A DNA stretch of 64,000 bases from a virus. Taxonomy: Duplodnaviria; Heunggongvirae; Uroviricota; Caudoviricetes. The translations under genes were made by a program, and so were the position numbers. This document shows, one piece after another, positions 24,823 through 33,847 of the stretch. Positions within the stretch are counted from its first letter, which is position 1, and the number at the start of each line of letters is the position of its first letter. The stretch lies in IMG/VR virus record IMGVR_UViG_3300028025_000093, positions 24,650 to 88,649 of that record; one strand, 5' to 3'. Under the pieces are notes generated by a model. The model saw only the letters and a program-made list of their open reading frames with translations, did no database searches and was not told the DNA's origin.

Positions 24823-25164
24823 ATGATGATTTTTACCACACCACATCGTTCCAAAAAACGCAAGCCTACGGCAAAGCAACGGGAGTTGTCTAATTCTTGG
24901 AACGATCTGTTAAAGAAGTACCCCACAAAGACTGTTGTGAGACCAAAGCAACAACTCAGTGACGTGTACTCGCTTGGAAAACCTGCTTGTCGTGAGACAC
25001 CTAAGATTCCAAGTCTTCCCTTCAGTGGTGGTGCATGCACCAAAAAAGATTCACCAGTGTATACAGGTACCAAGATCAAAGGTATCGGTACAATGCACAA
25101 GTCGAATGCAGTTCCTATATTTTCTGATGAAGAAGCAGTGGCTATTGCCACTATGCGGAGATAA
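24823..25164 (+). CDS. Conserved basic T4-like hypothetical protein
   Basis: YTGTKIKGIGTMHKSNAVPIF...MRR. Confidence 0.75.
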   Translation: MMIFTTPHRSKKRKPTAKQRELSNSWNDLLKKYPTKTVVRPKQQLSDVYSLGKPACRETPKIPSLPFSGGACTKKDSPVYTGTKIKGIGTMHKSNAVPIFSDEEAVAIATMRR

Positions 25165-25165
25165 T

Positions 25166-25399
25166 ATGAATAAAAAGGTTTTGATGAAGATTCGCTTGAA
25201 GCAAGATGGTACTTGGGAACATGTCTATCAAGATGGTTCTGTAGATGATGAGTTTTATCAATTGAATGTTGTAGAACTTGCCAAGATGCAACGTGCCAAA
25301 TATTTTGAGCAATCCCAAGATTATGTTGAACAAGCTGTTGAGATTTCTGGTTACAAAGATGCTATTCAAGTTATCGATCATATAAGGAAATTGAAATGA
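25166..25399 (+). CDS. Hypothetical protein
   Basis: GGAG SD favours ATG 25166. Confidence 0.65.
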   Translation: MNKKVLMKIRLKQDGTWEHVYQDGSVDDEFYQLNVVELAKMQRAKYFEQSQDYVEQAVEISGYKDAIQVIDHIRKLK

Positions 25400-25584
25400 G
25401 CGAGTTCTGCGTAAAGTGTGCTGAAAAAGAAGCACAGATGGAAATTGTATTAAAGAAATACTATGATGAAATTGAAATCCTCAAGAAACGTATTGAGAAG
25501 TTGGAAAATGAAAATGAAGCACTAATTTTAGATGTGGCATTTTATGGTGGTAATATGATCAACTTGTCTTGTGATAACAAATAG
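25396..25584 (+). CDS. Small coiled-coil protein
   Basis: ORF track; coupled. Confidence 0.65.
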   Translation: MSEFCVKCAEKEAQMEIVLKKYYDEIEILKKRIEKLENENEALILDVAFYGGNMINLSCDNK

Positions 25585-25595
25585 GAATTTATATA

Positions 25596-25856
25596 ATGAA
25601 CGCAGCATATCAACAACTTGTAACAGCCAGTGCAAATAATGATAGACAAACTCTTAATGATATCTACATTTCTTTGCTAAATCAAAAAATGAAGTTGGAT
25701 AAATTCTTTAGTATGTTTCTTGATAAACTTGGCGACAAAATGGATCCCGATGAAACTGATACTCCAGTCTGGAAATTATATCGTGAAAAGACTAAAGAGT
25801 ATTCTGAGTTGGATAAAACAATTAAAATTGCCAACTATTACTTGAAGAAGAGCTAA
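25596..25856 (+). CDS. Hypothetical protein
   Basis: AGGA SD. Confidence 0.7.
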   Translation: MNAAYQQLVTASANNDRQTLNDIYISLLNQKMKLDKFFSMFLDKLGDKMDPDETDTPVWKLYREKTKEYSELDKTIKIANYYLKKS

Positions 25857-25857
25857 T

Positions 25858-26073
25858 ATGTTTAGAACATCGAATGAATTTTCTTTACACATTGAGCAGA
25901 TAGTTAAGGAAAAGCGTATGTCTCATATGGACGCTGTGCTTGAATATTGTAAAGAAAACTTTCTTGAACCACAGGATATTGCTAAATTGGTAAACAAATC
26001 TTTGAAAGAAAAGATTGCCATTAATATGCAAGATTCAAACCTAATGCCGAAAACAGCAAAACTTGATATTTAA
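25858..26073 (+). CDS. 33: Late transcription coactivator gp33
   Basis: FSLHIEQIV, MDAVLEYC, LVNKSLKEKI; synteny 33-59-32. Confidence 0.85.
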   Translation: MFRTSNEFSLHIEQIVKEKRMSHMDAVLEYCKENFLEPQDIAKLVNKSLKEKIAINMQDSNLMPKTAKLDI

Positions 26074-26086
26074 CTGAGAGAAACTT

Positions 26087-26701
26087 GTGGACGGATTTAA
26101 AGCCTACAAATATTATATTGCAATTAAGCTGCACTTTACAAAAGATAACTTTGATGTTTTTAAAAATCGTGGTAACGTAAAAGGTACTCGTGATGCTTTC
26201 AATGCTCGTAATGATCGTTATATGTTTGAGAAACTTGCACGTAAGTACCCAGTTGATAAAGATTTAATTCAGTACTACGTTGCAAACTTTGCTTATGGTA
26301 ATGATGCTGCAATCTATTCTTTTGAAGAAGCTGAAACTAATCTATTAGAATGGAATCGAAGAAAGCAAAGTATTACAAAAATCTTTGCAGATGATTGTAA
26401 TAAGATTCTTATGGATGCTTGCAAAAGTAAATACAAAGAAGAATCAATATTTAACTTGACGAATAAAGGATATTCAAGTATACTTAAATTATTCCTTGGC
26501 AATCAGATCTCTTTAGAAAGCCTAAGAATAATTGATGACTTGCATCCAGTGATTGATTCTTGGAAAGAAAATTCATCTATGGTTTTGTTATGGGAAAATG
26601 AAATTCGCAGGATTGAAAAGTCCAAGGGTTTTGTTAAGTATGATAGTGAGAAAGTAGCAAAAGTTTTTAATAACTTTATTCAGGAAATTAAAGAGTTATA
26701 A
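26087..26701 (+). CDS. 59: Helicase loader gp59
   Basis: YKYYIAIKLHFT, F..RND.Y.FEKLA; synteny. Confidence 0.85.
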   Translation: MDGFKAYKYYIAIKLHFTKDNFDVFKNRGNVKGTRDAFNARNDRYMFEKLARKYPVDKDLIQYYVANFAYGNDAAIYSFEEAETNLLEWNRRKQSITKIFADDCNKILMDACKSKYKEESIFNLTNKGYSSILKLFLGNQISLESLRIIDDLHPVIDSWKENSSMVLLWENEIRRIEKSKGFVKYDSEKVAKVFNNFIQEIKEL

Positions 26702-26702
26702 G

Positions 26703-26924
26703 ATGGGCAAGACATACCTTAAGAATCAAAAATCTTATGAAGAGCAATCCAGTGGTCGTTCTGGAAAGCATGCTAATCATACCAGTGGTAAAAAAACTGG
26801 TGGTATGAAAACGCTAAATAGTTATGTTGAAGAAGATTATGAAGATCCGTTCCAAGATGATTTTGGAATTGAAGATAGTATTTCGATTCAACATACAAAA
26901 GACGATACAACAAATACACCGTAA
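26703..26924 (+). CDS. Hypothetical protein
   Basis: ORF between 59 and 32. Confidence 0.65.
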   Translation: MGKTYLKNQKSYEEQSSGRSGKHANHTSGKKTGGMKTLNSYVEEDYEDPFQDDFGIEDSISIQHTKDDTTNTP

Positions 26925-26945
26925 TATTAATATAAAGGAAATACG

Positions 26946-27866
26946 ATGGACATTCAAACACTCCGCAAAATGCGCAACTCTGACTTTGGTGCTATCTCTA
27001 GCGCATTCGACAAAGTCGCAAACCCATCCTCAGAAAAGAAAAGTTATGCTGATGATCGCTTCTGGAAACTAGAAGGTGACAAAGCAGGTAACGGCACAGC
27101 CACAATTCGTTTTCTACCACGTGTAGAAGGTGATGAGTTGCCTTGGGTACGTATCTTTTCTCATGGCTTCCAAGGACCAACTGGTAAGTGGTACATTGAG
27201 AACTCACTAACTACTCTTGGTGAGAATGACCCTGTTGGTGAACTCAACACTCAACTGTGGAACTCTGGTTCTGATGCTAACAAGAAAATTGCTCAGGCTC
27301 AAAAGCGTAAGCTAAGTTTCATTGCTAACATTATGGTTGTTAGTGATCCAAAGCATCCAGAGAATGAAGGTAAAGTATTCTTGTTTAAGTTCGGCAAGAA
27401 AATCTTTGATAAGATTATGGACAAAGCACGTCCAACCTTTGAAGATGAGAAGCCAGTAAATGTGTTTGACTTCTGGGAAGGTGCCAACTTCAAACTGCGT
27501 ATGCGTAAGAAGGATGGTTACATTAACTATGATGAGTCAGCATTTAGTGACCCAGCTGCTCTAGCCAATGGAGATGAAGAAGATATCCTACGTATTGCAA
27601 ACCAGCAACACAAGTTGGCTGAGTTTACCGATCGTAAGAACTTTAAATCTTACGATGAACTCAAGAAGAAACTTCAAGAAGTTCTTTCTGGTGATGCATT
27701 CGCAAGCAAGTCTGCTGCGGAAATTGCTGAAGAGGAAGATCGCCCAGTTCGTACCGCACCTGAACCACGTTCAGTACCAGCACCTGCTGCAAAGACATCG
27801 TCAGTTGATGACGACAATGATGATGACGTAATGTCATACTTTGAGAAGATTGCTAAGGAAGACTAA
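26946..27866 (+). CDS. 32: Single-stranded DNA-binding protein gp32
   Basis: DDRFWK, GNGTATIRFLP, WYIENSLTTLG, FKFGKKIFDKI, acidic tail. Confidence 0.95.
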   Translation: MDIQTLRKMRNSDFGAISSAFDKVANPSSEKKSYADDRFWKLEGDKAGNGTATIRFLPRVEGDELPWVRIFSHGFQGPTGKWYIENSLTTLGENDPVGELNTQLWNSGSDANKKIAQAQKRKLSFIANIMVVSDPKHPENEGKVFLFKFGKKIFDKIMDKARPTFEDEKPVNVFDFWEGANFKLRMRKKDGYINYDESAFSDPAALANGDEEDILRIANQQHKLAEFTDRKNFKSYDELKKKLQEVLSGDAFASKSAAEIAEEEDRPVRTAPEPRSVPAPAAKTSSVDDDNDDDVMSYFEKIAKED

Positions 27867-27886
27867 ACAAATCCCATGCATGTACT

Positions 27887-27912
27887 AAGGGCAGCTTCGG
27901 CTGCCCTTTTTT
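27887..27912 (+). terminator. Intrinsic terminator between convergent 32 and tail block
   Basis: AAGGGCAGC-TTCG-GCTGCCCTT + T run. Confidence 0.9.
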
Positions 27913-27913
27913 G

Positions 27914-29644
27914 TTATGCGAATCTGGTACGAACGTATCGGTTCATAGTCTGTTCTTGATTGCGAACAGGCAACTGAATAACTTGTCTAGTGTTAGATAT
28001 GTTTGTGGTTGGTGCATTAACTGCTGTATTGTTACCACCAGAACCACCACCAGCTGCAGTTCTAGCACTATCGTTTGCTGCAGATTGAGAAGAAACTGCA
28101 TTGGCTGAACCCATGGCTAATCCCATTGCCGCAATTTTCTCAGTTGGTAAAGCAGCAATTGCTTTTATTTTGTCAGCATCTATTGAAGAGAATGCCTTTA
28201 AGCCGTTACCTAATTTCTCTACACCGATACCAGCTTTTTCAATATTAGCTCCACTTTCACCAAGAGCAATAATTTGATCAACTGGAGATTTCTGTCCAGA
28301 AACTTTTGACAGTAAGCCACCAACCAAGTTACCTACACCAGCAACGGCATTTGCTGCACCAAACGTAGCCATACCAGCAGATACTGCTATTAAACCAGCA
28401 CCTACTTGAATTAGATTCATACCATCAACAGCAGCCAATCTTTCAATGGCTTCAGTGATTGAATTAACAATTGCTACAACTCCTTCAGCAATACCAGAGA
28501 TAATCTTTTCAGCAGCATTACCGAATGCTTCAATTCCAGGTGCAGCCATTTCAAGTGCTTTACCAATACCCATAACTGCTAAAGTAACAGCACCAAGACC
28601 AATTAGCGTAGCTGGGTTGGCCATAGCAGCCAGTCCCCTAGCCAGTCCAAACAATAATGATTGAATACCTTTACCAGCACCTTTGCCCAGAGCAGACAAA
28701 CCACCACCTAGTGAAGCAAGTCCCAATCCAATACCACCCAAGATTCCACCACCTCCACTAGCTTCAGGTGAAGCACCTTTAGCTTTATCACCACCCATTA
28801 ATGCCGTATTCTTTTCGATCTTTTCAAGAAGTGCACTTTGTGCTTCATCTCTACGAGCAGATTCCATTTCTTCTTCAGAAACATTGACTGCATCGTTTTG
28901 TTCTTTATTTGTAAGTGGAGTTCCAGCCGATTCTGCTTTACCAACTAAACTTGCACGGATATCTGTTTTAGCAAATGCGTCAGATAGAGTTTCACGTTTT
29001 GATATAAGACGTTTACCTTCTGGAGTTGCAGATAATTGTTTCTCTGTTAAACCAGTTTCAGATTTTAATTTTTCAATCTGGCTTTCATTGGTTTTAATTT
29101 CTTTGGCAGTAGTATTTCTTGCAGCAAAATCTTGACGTAAATCTTTATCAGATTTTTCACTTCCAAGTTTACGCTGTTGGTCAACGAACTGTCTTTCAGC
29201 AATTTTCTTATTTAAGAAACCACCAACGTTGACTGCCTTAAGTACAGTTGTTCCTGTTGCTCTTAATGAACCAAACTTATCGCCCAACCCTCTACTCATA
29301 TTACGGAATTTATCACCTAAACTATCAAATGTCTTGACAGTTTTAGCAATATTACCAATAGCCTCAATCATTTCATCACGAGCAACTTGGGCTGCTTTAA
29401 TATCTTCAAGAGATTCTGCCATACCCTTTGATACTTTTAAAGTTTCTTTTTGAACTTTAAGCATCTCTTCATTTTCTATCGAAGAAGTTTTATCGGAAGG
29501 TTTTAATCCTGCGAGTTGTTCTTCTCTATTTTGTTCCATAATAGTTTGCATGGAACGCAATGAAGACAAAGATTCTCGTTGAGCTTCTAGTAGTGATTTA
29601 AAATCACTAGACTGAACGTGTACCATTATCGGTGGTTTGGCCAT
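27914..29644 (-). CDS. Tape-measure / baseplate hub-like protein (gp29-like)
   Basis: 576 aa, coiled-coil N-half, Gly/Ala-rich hydrophobic C-half; follows gp26/gp51. Confidence 0.65.
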   Translation of the reverse strand: MAKPPIMVHVQSSDFKSLLEAQRESLSSLRSMQTIMEQNREEQLAGLKPSDKTSSIENEEMLKVQKETLKVSKGMAESLEDIKAAQVARDEMIEAIGNIAKTVKTFDSLGDKFRNMSRGLGDKFGSLRATGTTVLKAVNVGGFLNKKIAERQFVDQQRKLGSEKSDKDLRQDFAARNTTAKEIKTNESQIEKLKSETGLTEKQLSATPEGKRLISKRETLSDAFAKTDIRASLVGKAESAGTPLTNKEQNDAVNVSEEEMESARRDEAQSALLEKIEKNTALMGGDKAKGASPEASGGGGILGGIGLGLASLGGGLSALGKGAGKGIQSLLFGLARGLAAMANPATLIGLGAVTLAVMGIGKALEMAAPGIEAFGNAAEKIISGIAEGVVAIVNSITEAIERLAAVDGMNLIQVGAGLIAVSAGMATFGAANAVAGVGNLVGGLLSKVSGQKSPVDQIIALGESGANIEKAGIGVEKLGNGLKAFSSIDADKIKAIAALPTEKIAAMGLAMGSANAVSSQSAANDSARTAAGGGSGGNNTAVNAPTTNISNTRQVIQLPVRNQEQTMNRYVRTRFA

Positions 29645-29655
29645 CTTAGTTTACC

Positions 29656-29799
29656 TTACTTTCTTTGTGCATCTAATCGTTGTTTTTCTTCTTCTAGATA
29701 TTTAACTAGCATAGCAACGTAAATCTCTCGCTCAAACGGTATCATACTTTCAAGTTCATTCAGCGAGTATTTGTGGTACTGCATCAAAGCAAAATTCAT
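29656..29799 (-). CDS. 51: gp51-like baseplate hub assembly domain (47 aa from ATG; probably also reached by -1 frameshift from upstream gene)
   Basis: NFALMQYHKYSLNELESMIPFEREIYV; frame open back to T8 run at 29840-29847. Confidence 0.8.
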   Translation of the reverse strand: MNFALMQYHKYSLNELESMIPFEREIYVAMLVKYLEEEKQRLDAQRK

Positions 29800-29837
29800 T
29801 TTGTAATAATTATACAAAGTGTCATGACAAAGGTTTA

Positions 29838-30551
29838 TTAAAAAAAACTTTGAAGACCCTCCAGGGTCTTCTTATGATGCTTTTTACATACAGGACAATC
29901 ATACTCAACATCTTGTTTCAATCTTGGCATAGTCTCAAAGAACTTTTGTACTTTGGCAAACTGCTCAGATGTTAAGTTGTTGATAAAATCTAATAGTTCT
30001 TGCTGAGTCTGTTCCTTAGCATAAAACAACTCATCACCCTGATAGATGTAATCAATGCACTTGGCAATTATCACAAACAAGTCATCAAGGTTTTCTGTAT
30101 CTAAAACTTGTAACTGATTCAATACTTGTAGAGTAGGGTACTTCATAACAACACCTACATCTCCGAATAGCGAAATATTAGCTTGGTGATCTGGAGACTT
30201 TTCTACAGCAATTTTTGTAATGTCAAAAGAGATTTGAACTCTGGCTTTTTCATCATCACAAGTATCACATGGAAAAATTAAATCAATAGTTTCCCCAACC
30301 GATTTAGCACGTAGTTGAGTGAAGATGTATTCTAGATCAAATGTAGCTAGATCATCTGGATTAATGTCCTCAACCACGCAAGACTTAACAACATCTTTAA
30401 GAGTGTTGACCATAACAATAGGATCTTCACTCTGTTGAGCAATCATCAATGCCTTTTCTTCACGAACTAGAAATGGTCTATATTTAATTTCTTTTCCACT
30501 AGACGGAATGGTCAACGTATACGTTGGGGTATTACTCATTGGTAAAGCCAT
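29838..30551 (-). CDS. 26: Baseplate hub assembly protein gp26-like
   Basis: YRPFLVREEK, DLEYIFTQLRAKSVGE, CDTC and CPVC, LEGLQSFF. Confidence 0.88.
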   Translation of the reverse strand: MALPMSNTPTYTLTIPSSGKEIKYRPFLVREEKALMIAQQSEDPIVMVNTLKDVVKSCVVEDINPDDLATFDLEYIFTQLRAKSVGETIDLIFPCDTCDDEKARVQISFDITKIAVEKSPDHQANISLFGDVGVVMKYPTLQVLNQLQVLDTENLDDLFVIIAKCIDYIYQGDELFYAKEQTQQELLDFINNLTSEQFAKVQKFFETMPRLKQDVEYDCPVCKKHHKKTLEGLQSFF

Positions 30552-30553
30552 AG

Positions 30554-30970
30554 TCAATCTCCTTTAGTCATATTCTTTATAAGTTTATTCAATTCAGCAG
30601 TGCTACCTACAAAGATAGCATTATTGGTTACGTTTTTAGATGAATCTTTTGGACCATCTAATTTAGATTTCTGTTGGTGCAAATCTAATAACTGTTGGTT
30701 TATATCCGCCAACTGTTTTACTAAATTACCTACAACTTCAAATGCACGTGGGTGCTCAGATTGCTTGGCTACCTCAAGTGCATGCATTAGTGCTTCTTGT
30801 CCTTGTGATAGTAGATCGTGTAAATTACCACGTGCTTTGTCAAAGTCATTTTCAATTTTATCTGATGGCTTTTGAATTAGTTCTCCAGTAGCAGCATCAA
30901 TAATCTCAACTTCAGTTTTAGTTACCGTTGGGGTATCAAAAACTTCAGATAATTTATCATCAAGTTTCAT
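30554..30970 (-). CDS. 16: Terminase small subunit gp16-like
   Basis: DFDKARGNL, SEHPRAFEV, TNNAIFVGSTAEL. Confidence 0.85.
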   Translation of the reverse strand: MKLDDKLSEVFDTPTVTKTEVEIIDAATGELIQKPSDKIENDFDKARGNLHDLLSQGQEALMHALEVAKQSEHPRAFEVVGNLVKQLADINQQLLDLHQQKSKLDGPKDSSKNVTNNAIFVGSTAELNKLIKNMTKGD

Positions 30971-31299
30971 TAGTCATTCCTAGTATTACGAACAGGTGGA
31001 TCTTCCAAATTAGTATTTATGGGTTTAGTAATAGGTGTTGCAGGAATAACTCCAGCTATCTTTTCTTGACCACGTGACCACGCAGCAATCCCTAAAATAG
31101 CACCCATTGCCATATGAAATAAACCAGCACCTTTAAGTGTTAGTGGATCCCATTGACTGGTTACTGTACCGTTAGCCAATGCTTGTAGGATTGACCAAGC
31201 CATTGGATAAATGGCAAAGTCTAGAATACAAATGACCATGTACGTCCAACCCATGGCTGGACGCCATTTTTTATTCACCCAAGATTCTTGTTCTGTCAT
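30970..31299 (-). CDS. Putative 3-TM holin
   Basis: WVNKKWRPAMGW, LTL.GAGLFH.AMGAILGI.AW.RGQEK. Confidence 0.7.
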   Translation of the reverse strand: MTEQESWVNKKWRPAMGWTYMVICILDFAIYPMAWSILQALANGTVTSQWDPLTLKGAGLFHMAMGAILGIAAWSRGQEKIAGVIPATPITKPINTNLEDPPVRNTRND

Positions 31300-31739
31300 T
31301 AATCGTTACGAGTGTTTCTAGCCACTGGATCTCCAGGCTCTAGATAACTGCTAGACATTCCCATTGGCATTTGTGGCATTCCAGGCATAGAGGGCATTGA
31401 TGGGCGAGGAGGCATTCCACCAGCTGGAGGTGTTGGTGAAGATGGTGGGCGAGTCCAACCAGCATTAGCAGCTTTAAGTGCTTCAGCTTGAGCAGCTTTA
31501 TCATTACCAGCAAGCATAATACCAGACAGTGTACCTGTTAGGAATGTTGCGATAGGAATAATCAATTCAAAAAACTTTGAATCAATTGGTGAGATGGCAT
31601 TAAGTGGCTGTGTTACAAAGATGATAGAATATAAAACTACAAACACAATTCCAGTCAACGTTAAGGCTAGACAGATTCCAATAAAGAATCTCAGACGAGC
31701 CATCAGCTGATCTTCGGTATACATAAATTGATCGTTCAT
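31299..31739 (-). CDS. Two-TM membrane protein with Pro/Met-rich tail
   Basis: Two hydrophobic helices; C-terminus PVARNTRND like next gene. Confidence 0.7.
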   Translation of the reverse strand: MNDQFMYTEDQLMARLRFFIGICLALTLTGIVFVVLYSIIFVTQPLNAISPIDSKFFELIIPIATFLTGTLSGIMLAGNDKAAQAEALKAANAGWTRPPSSPTPPAGGMPPRPSMPSMPGMPQMPMGMSSSYLEPGDPVARNTRND

Positions 31740-31996
31740 TTGCAAGATACTCCTGATGTTGGGGTTGATTGTTTAGGTTGTTCTGTGACTGGACCAAGTC
31801 TAGGATCACGTTGACCTTTAAAAATATGTTCTGGGCAAGATCTTGTTATATCACACAATGGCAGTTTACAAATATCTTTATCCCAGTTGGCTGGATCTTG
31901 GCATGGATATCTGTAACGATCTCCACCAAAGAATGCTAAAACTAATGGCAATACTAATAGTATGGCCAAATACTTAAATAGTTTTTTATCGTTCAT
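31736..31996 (-). CDS. Membrane-anchored Cys-rich protein
   Basis: N-terminal TM; RYPCQDPANW...C...C....C. Confidence 0.7.
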   Translation of the reverse strand: MNDKKLFKYLAILLVLPLVLAFFGGDRYRYPCQDPANWDKDICKLPLCDITRSCPEHIFKGQRDPRLGPVTEQPKQSTPTSGVSCK

Positions 31997-31998
31997 TT

Positions 31999-32754
31999 TT
32001 ATCTTCCAGAAAATACAGAAGTAACACCAGTAGTTATACCTTGAGTTTCCCCAGTATTAACTTGCTGTTGAAATCCGTTAAAGTCGTTTGTATATTCAGT
32101 TGGAACGCTCTGTGCTTGACTCATGCCTGGAATTGGTTGTCCATTAATAGTAGGCATTTGAAAGAATCTTGAGAACTGAGATTCTTTAGCTTCTTTTGGC
32201 GTACTGTACGCAGTTGAACGCCAGTACTTGTAATTCATACTAACTTGTAGTTTCATTACTTCTTTTGTTTCATACCCAAGAGATATTGGGCTAATACTTT
32301 TCGGATAGCATTCAGACAGTTTAACTGAGTAGCGTTTTCTATCTTTTAAATCTTCAACTTCAATATCCAAGTCTGTAATATAGTTTTCATAATACTCAAA
32401 TGTTCTTGTGTATGGATTTTGAATAGAATCTATCCAACGATCAAAGAATAGTTTAACTTCCATATTGTTATCAACATAGAAAGTCATACTGATGTTATCA
32501 AATGTTTTCTCAGAAGGTACTTCACGTATCTCACCGTATTGTCTAATTTGATTGGTTATTAAGTTTTGTCCAGGAAGTGAAATCTCTGAACAAAACAACA
32601 ATAACTTTCTCATATTAGCAACAGATCCTACTGATTTTGGTGGGGTCATCATTACTGCGTATCTTGACGAACGCATTAACCCTTCAGTTTTAATCGTTGA
32701 TATAAAATTTCTTAAGCCAGAATTCTTTTGTGCTGGCGGATTGAAAATAGCCAT
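31999..32754 (-). CDS. 54: Baseplate tail-tube initiator gp54-like
   Basis: LLFCSEISLPG, FDNISMTFYVD, FFDRW, LSECYPKSI. Confidence 0.75.
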   Translation of the reverse strand: MAIFNPPAQKNSGLRNFISTIKTEGLMRSSRYAVMMTPPKSVGSVANMRKLLLFCSEISLPGQNLITNQIRQYGEIREVPSEKTFDNISMTFYVDNNMEVKLFFDRWIDSIQNPYTRTFEYYENYITDLDIEVEDLKDRKRYSVKLSECYPKSISPISLGYETKEVMKLQVSMNYKYWRSTAYSTPKEAKESQFSRFFQMPTINGQPIPGMSQAQSVPTEYTNDFNGFQQQVNTGETQGITTGVTSVFSGR

Positions 32755-33354
32755 TTAACCCATCTTCCTTTTTGAATCTGTCCAAACTTGTTGAGTAGTT
32801 GCGCCAACAAACCTTTCGACTGGCAATAACATAGCAGTTGCCCAGTCGTATGAAGGAACTTCTCTAAATGCGGATCTAACATGACCATCTAAATAATGTT
32901 TGACGCAAGGGATAGCTCCATTAAATCTTGATACTCCATCAATTAGTGCCCAAGAATACTTAATTCTAGTGGCTTCATTTAGCTTATTATTGCTGGCGTA
33001 CTGCATAAGTTTATCCAACAATCTAATACGTAATTGGTAGGGCAAATAGTGCATATTTAACCCAAGGAATCCGCCTTGCACCTTTCTAAACGGAAATACC
33101 AAGGGAAATCTATCGTAGTAAGGTAATTCGTTTTTAAGTTTAGGGTCGTATAAAAACATATACAGCTTACCTGGCATAATGGTCATCTTCAGCTGCTGCG
33201 GATTACCCTTTAACACTTTAGGTGGTGTTATTGATTGCTTAGACATAAGCAATGCTTGTTGACTGAACCAAGCACGAGACTTCTTGACTGCGTCGTCAAG
33301 GTTATACTTGTTTCGTTCGAATACGTCTTGGAGTGTAGGTGATTGTGTAGCCAT
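32755..33354 (-). CDS. 2: DNA end protector gp2-like
   Basis: PGKLYMFLYDPK.K.ELPYYDRFPL, GLNMHYLP, CVKHYL. Confidence 0.88.
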   Translation of the reverse strand: MATQSPTLQDVFERNKYNLDDAVKKSRAWFSQQALLMSKQSITPPKVLKGNPQQLKMTIMPGKLYMFLYDPKLKNELPYYDRFPLVFPFRKVQGGFLGLNMHYLPYQLRIRLLDKLMQYASNNKLNEATRIKYSWALIDGVSRFNGAIPCVKHYLDGHVRSAFREVPSYDWATAMLLPVERFVGATTQQVWTDSKRKMG

Positions 33355-33367
33355 ACTATTATTTAGG

Positions 33368-33805
33368 TTACTTTAAGCCAAGTTCATGCTCAGTTATGAT
33401 CTTAAATTCCCAATTACGATCCTTAGCGTATTCCGTGGCAGCTTTCCACTTAGCTTGATTCTTAATAAAGGTCATAGACTCGGTTAAATACCTTTGAGTT
33501 TGACGACCTGGATATACTGGAGGTTGGGTTTGGCTAAAGGGTTTTACTTCTACTAGGTAAGTCTTTAATAAGCCATCTTTTTGTTTGACTTGTATCTGAA
33601 AGTCCACAAAATAGCGATGGATTCTGTCGTCAGTTGGGCATCTATACGGAACAACTGTTTCCTCAGATAACCATTTAACCACGGCAGGGTTTTTATCACA
33701 CCAAGAAGCGAATCTGGTCTCCCAAGACGAACGCATAATTATGTTCGTTGGATCTCCAGTATACTTTTGTGGAAACAGTGGTTTGAATAATCTTTTGTGG
33801 TACAT
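33368..33805 (-). CDS. 4: Head completion nuclease gp4
   Basis: RSSWE, WLSEE, HRYFVDF, EVKP, NQAKWKAA, ITEHEL. Confidence 0.92.
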   Translation of the reverse strand: MYHKRLFKPLFPQKYTGDPTNIIMRSSWETRFASWCDKNPAVVKWLSEETVVPYRCPTDDRIHRYFVDFQIQVKQKDGLLKTYLVEVKPFSQTQPPVYPGRQTQRYLTESMTFIKNQAKWKAATEYAKDRNWEFKIITEHELGLK

Positions 33806-33808
33806 CGC

Positions 33809-33839
33809 CTAAATAATAGTAGTAATTGCTAATATTTAG
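33809..33839. promoter_or_regulatory. Crossed divergent late promoters (CTAAATA on + at 33809-33815 and on - at 33833-33839)
   Basis: Two opposed TAAATA boxes in the 42-nt gap between divergent genes 4 and 48. Confidence 0.7.
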
Positions 33840-33847
33840 GGTGCCCA

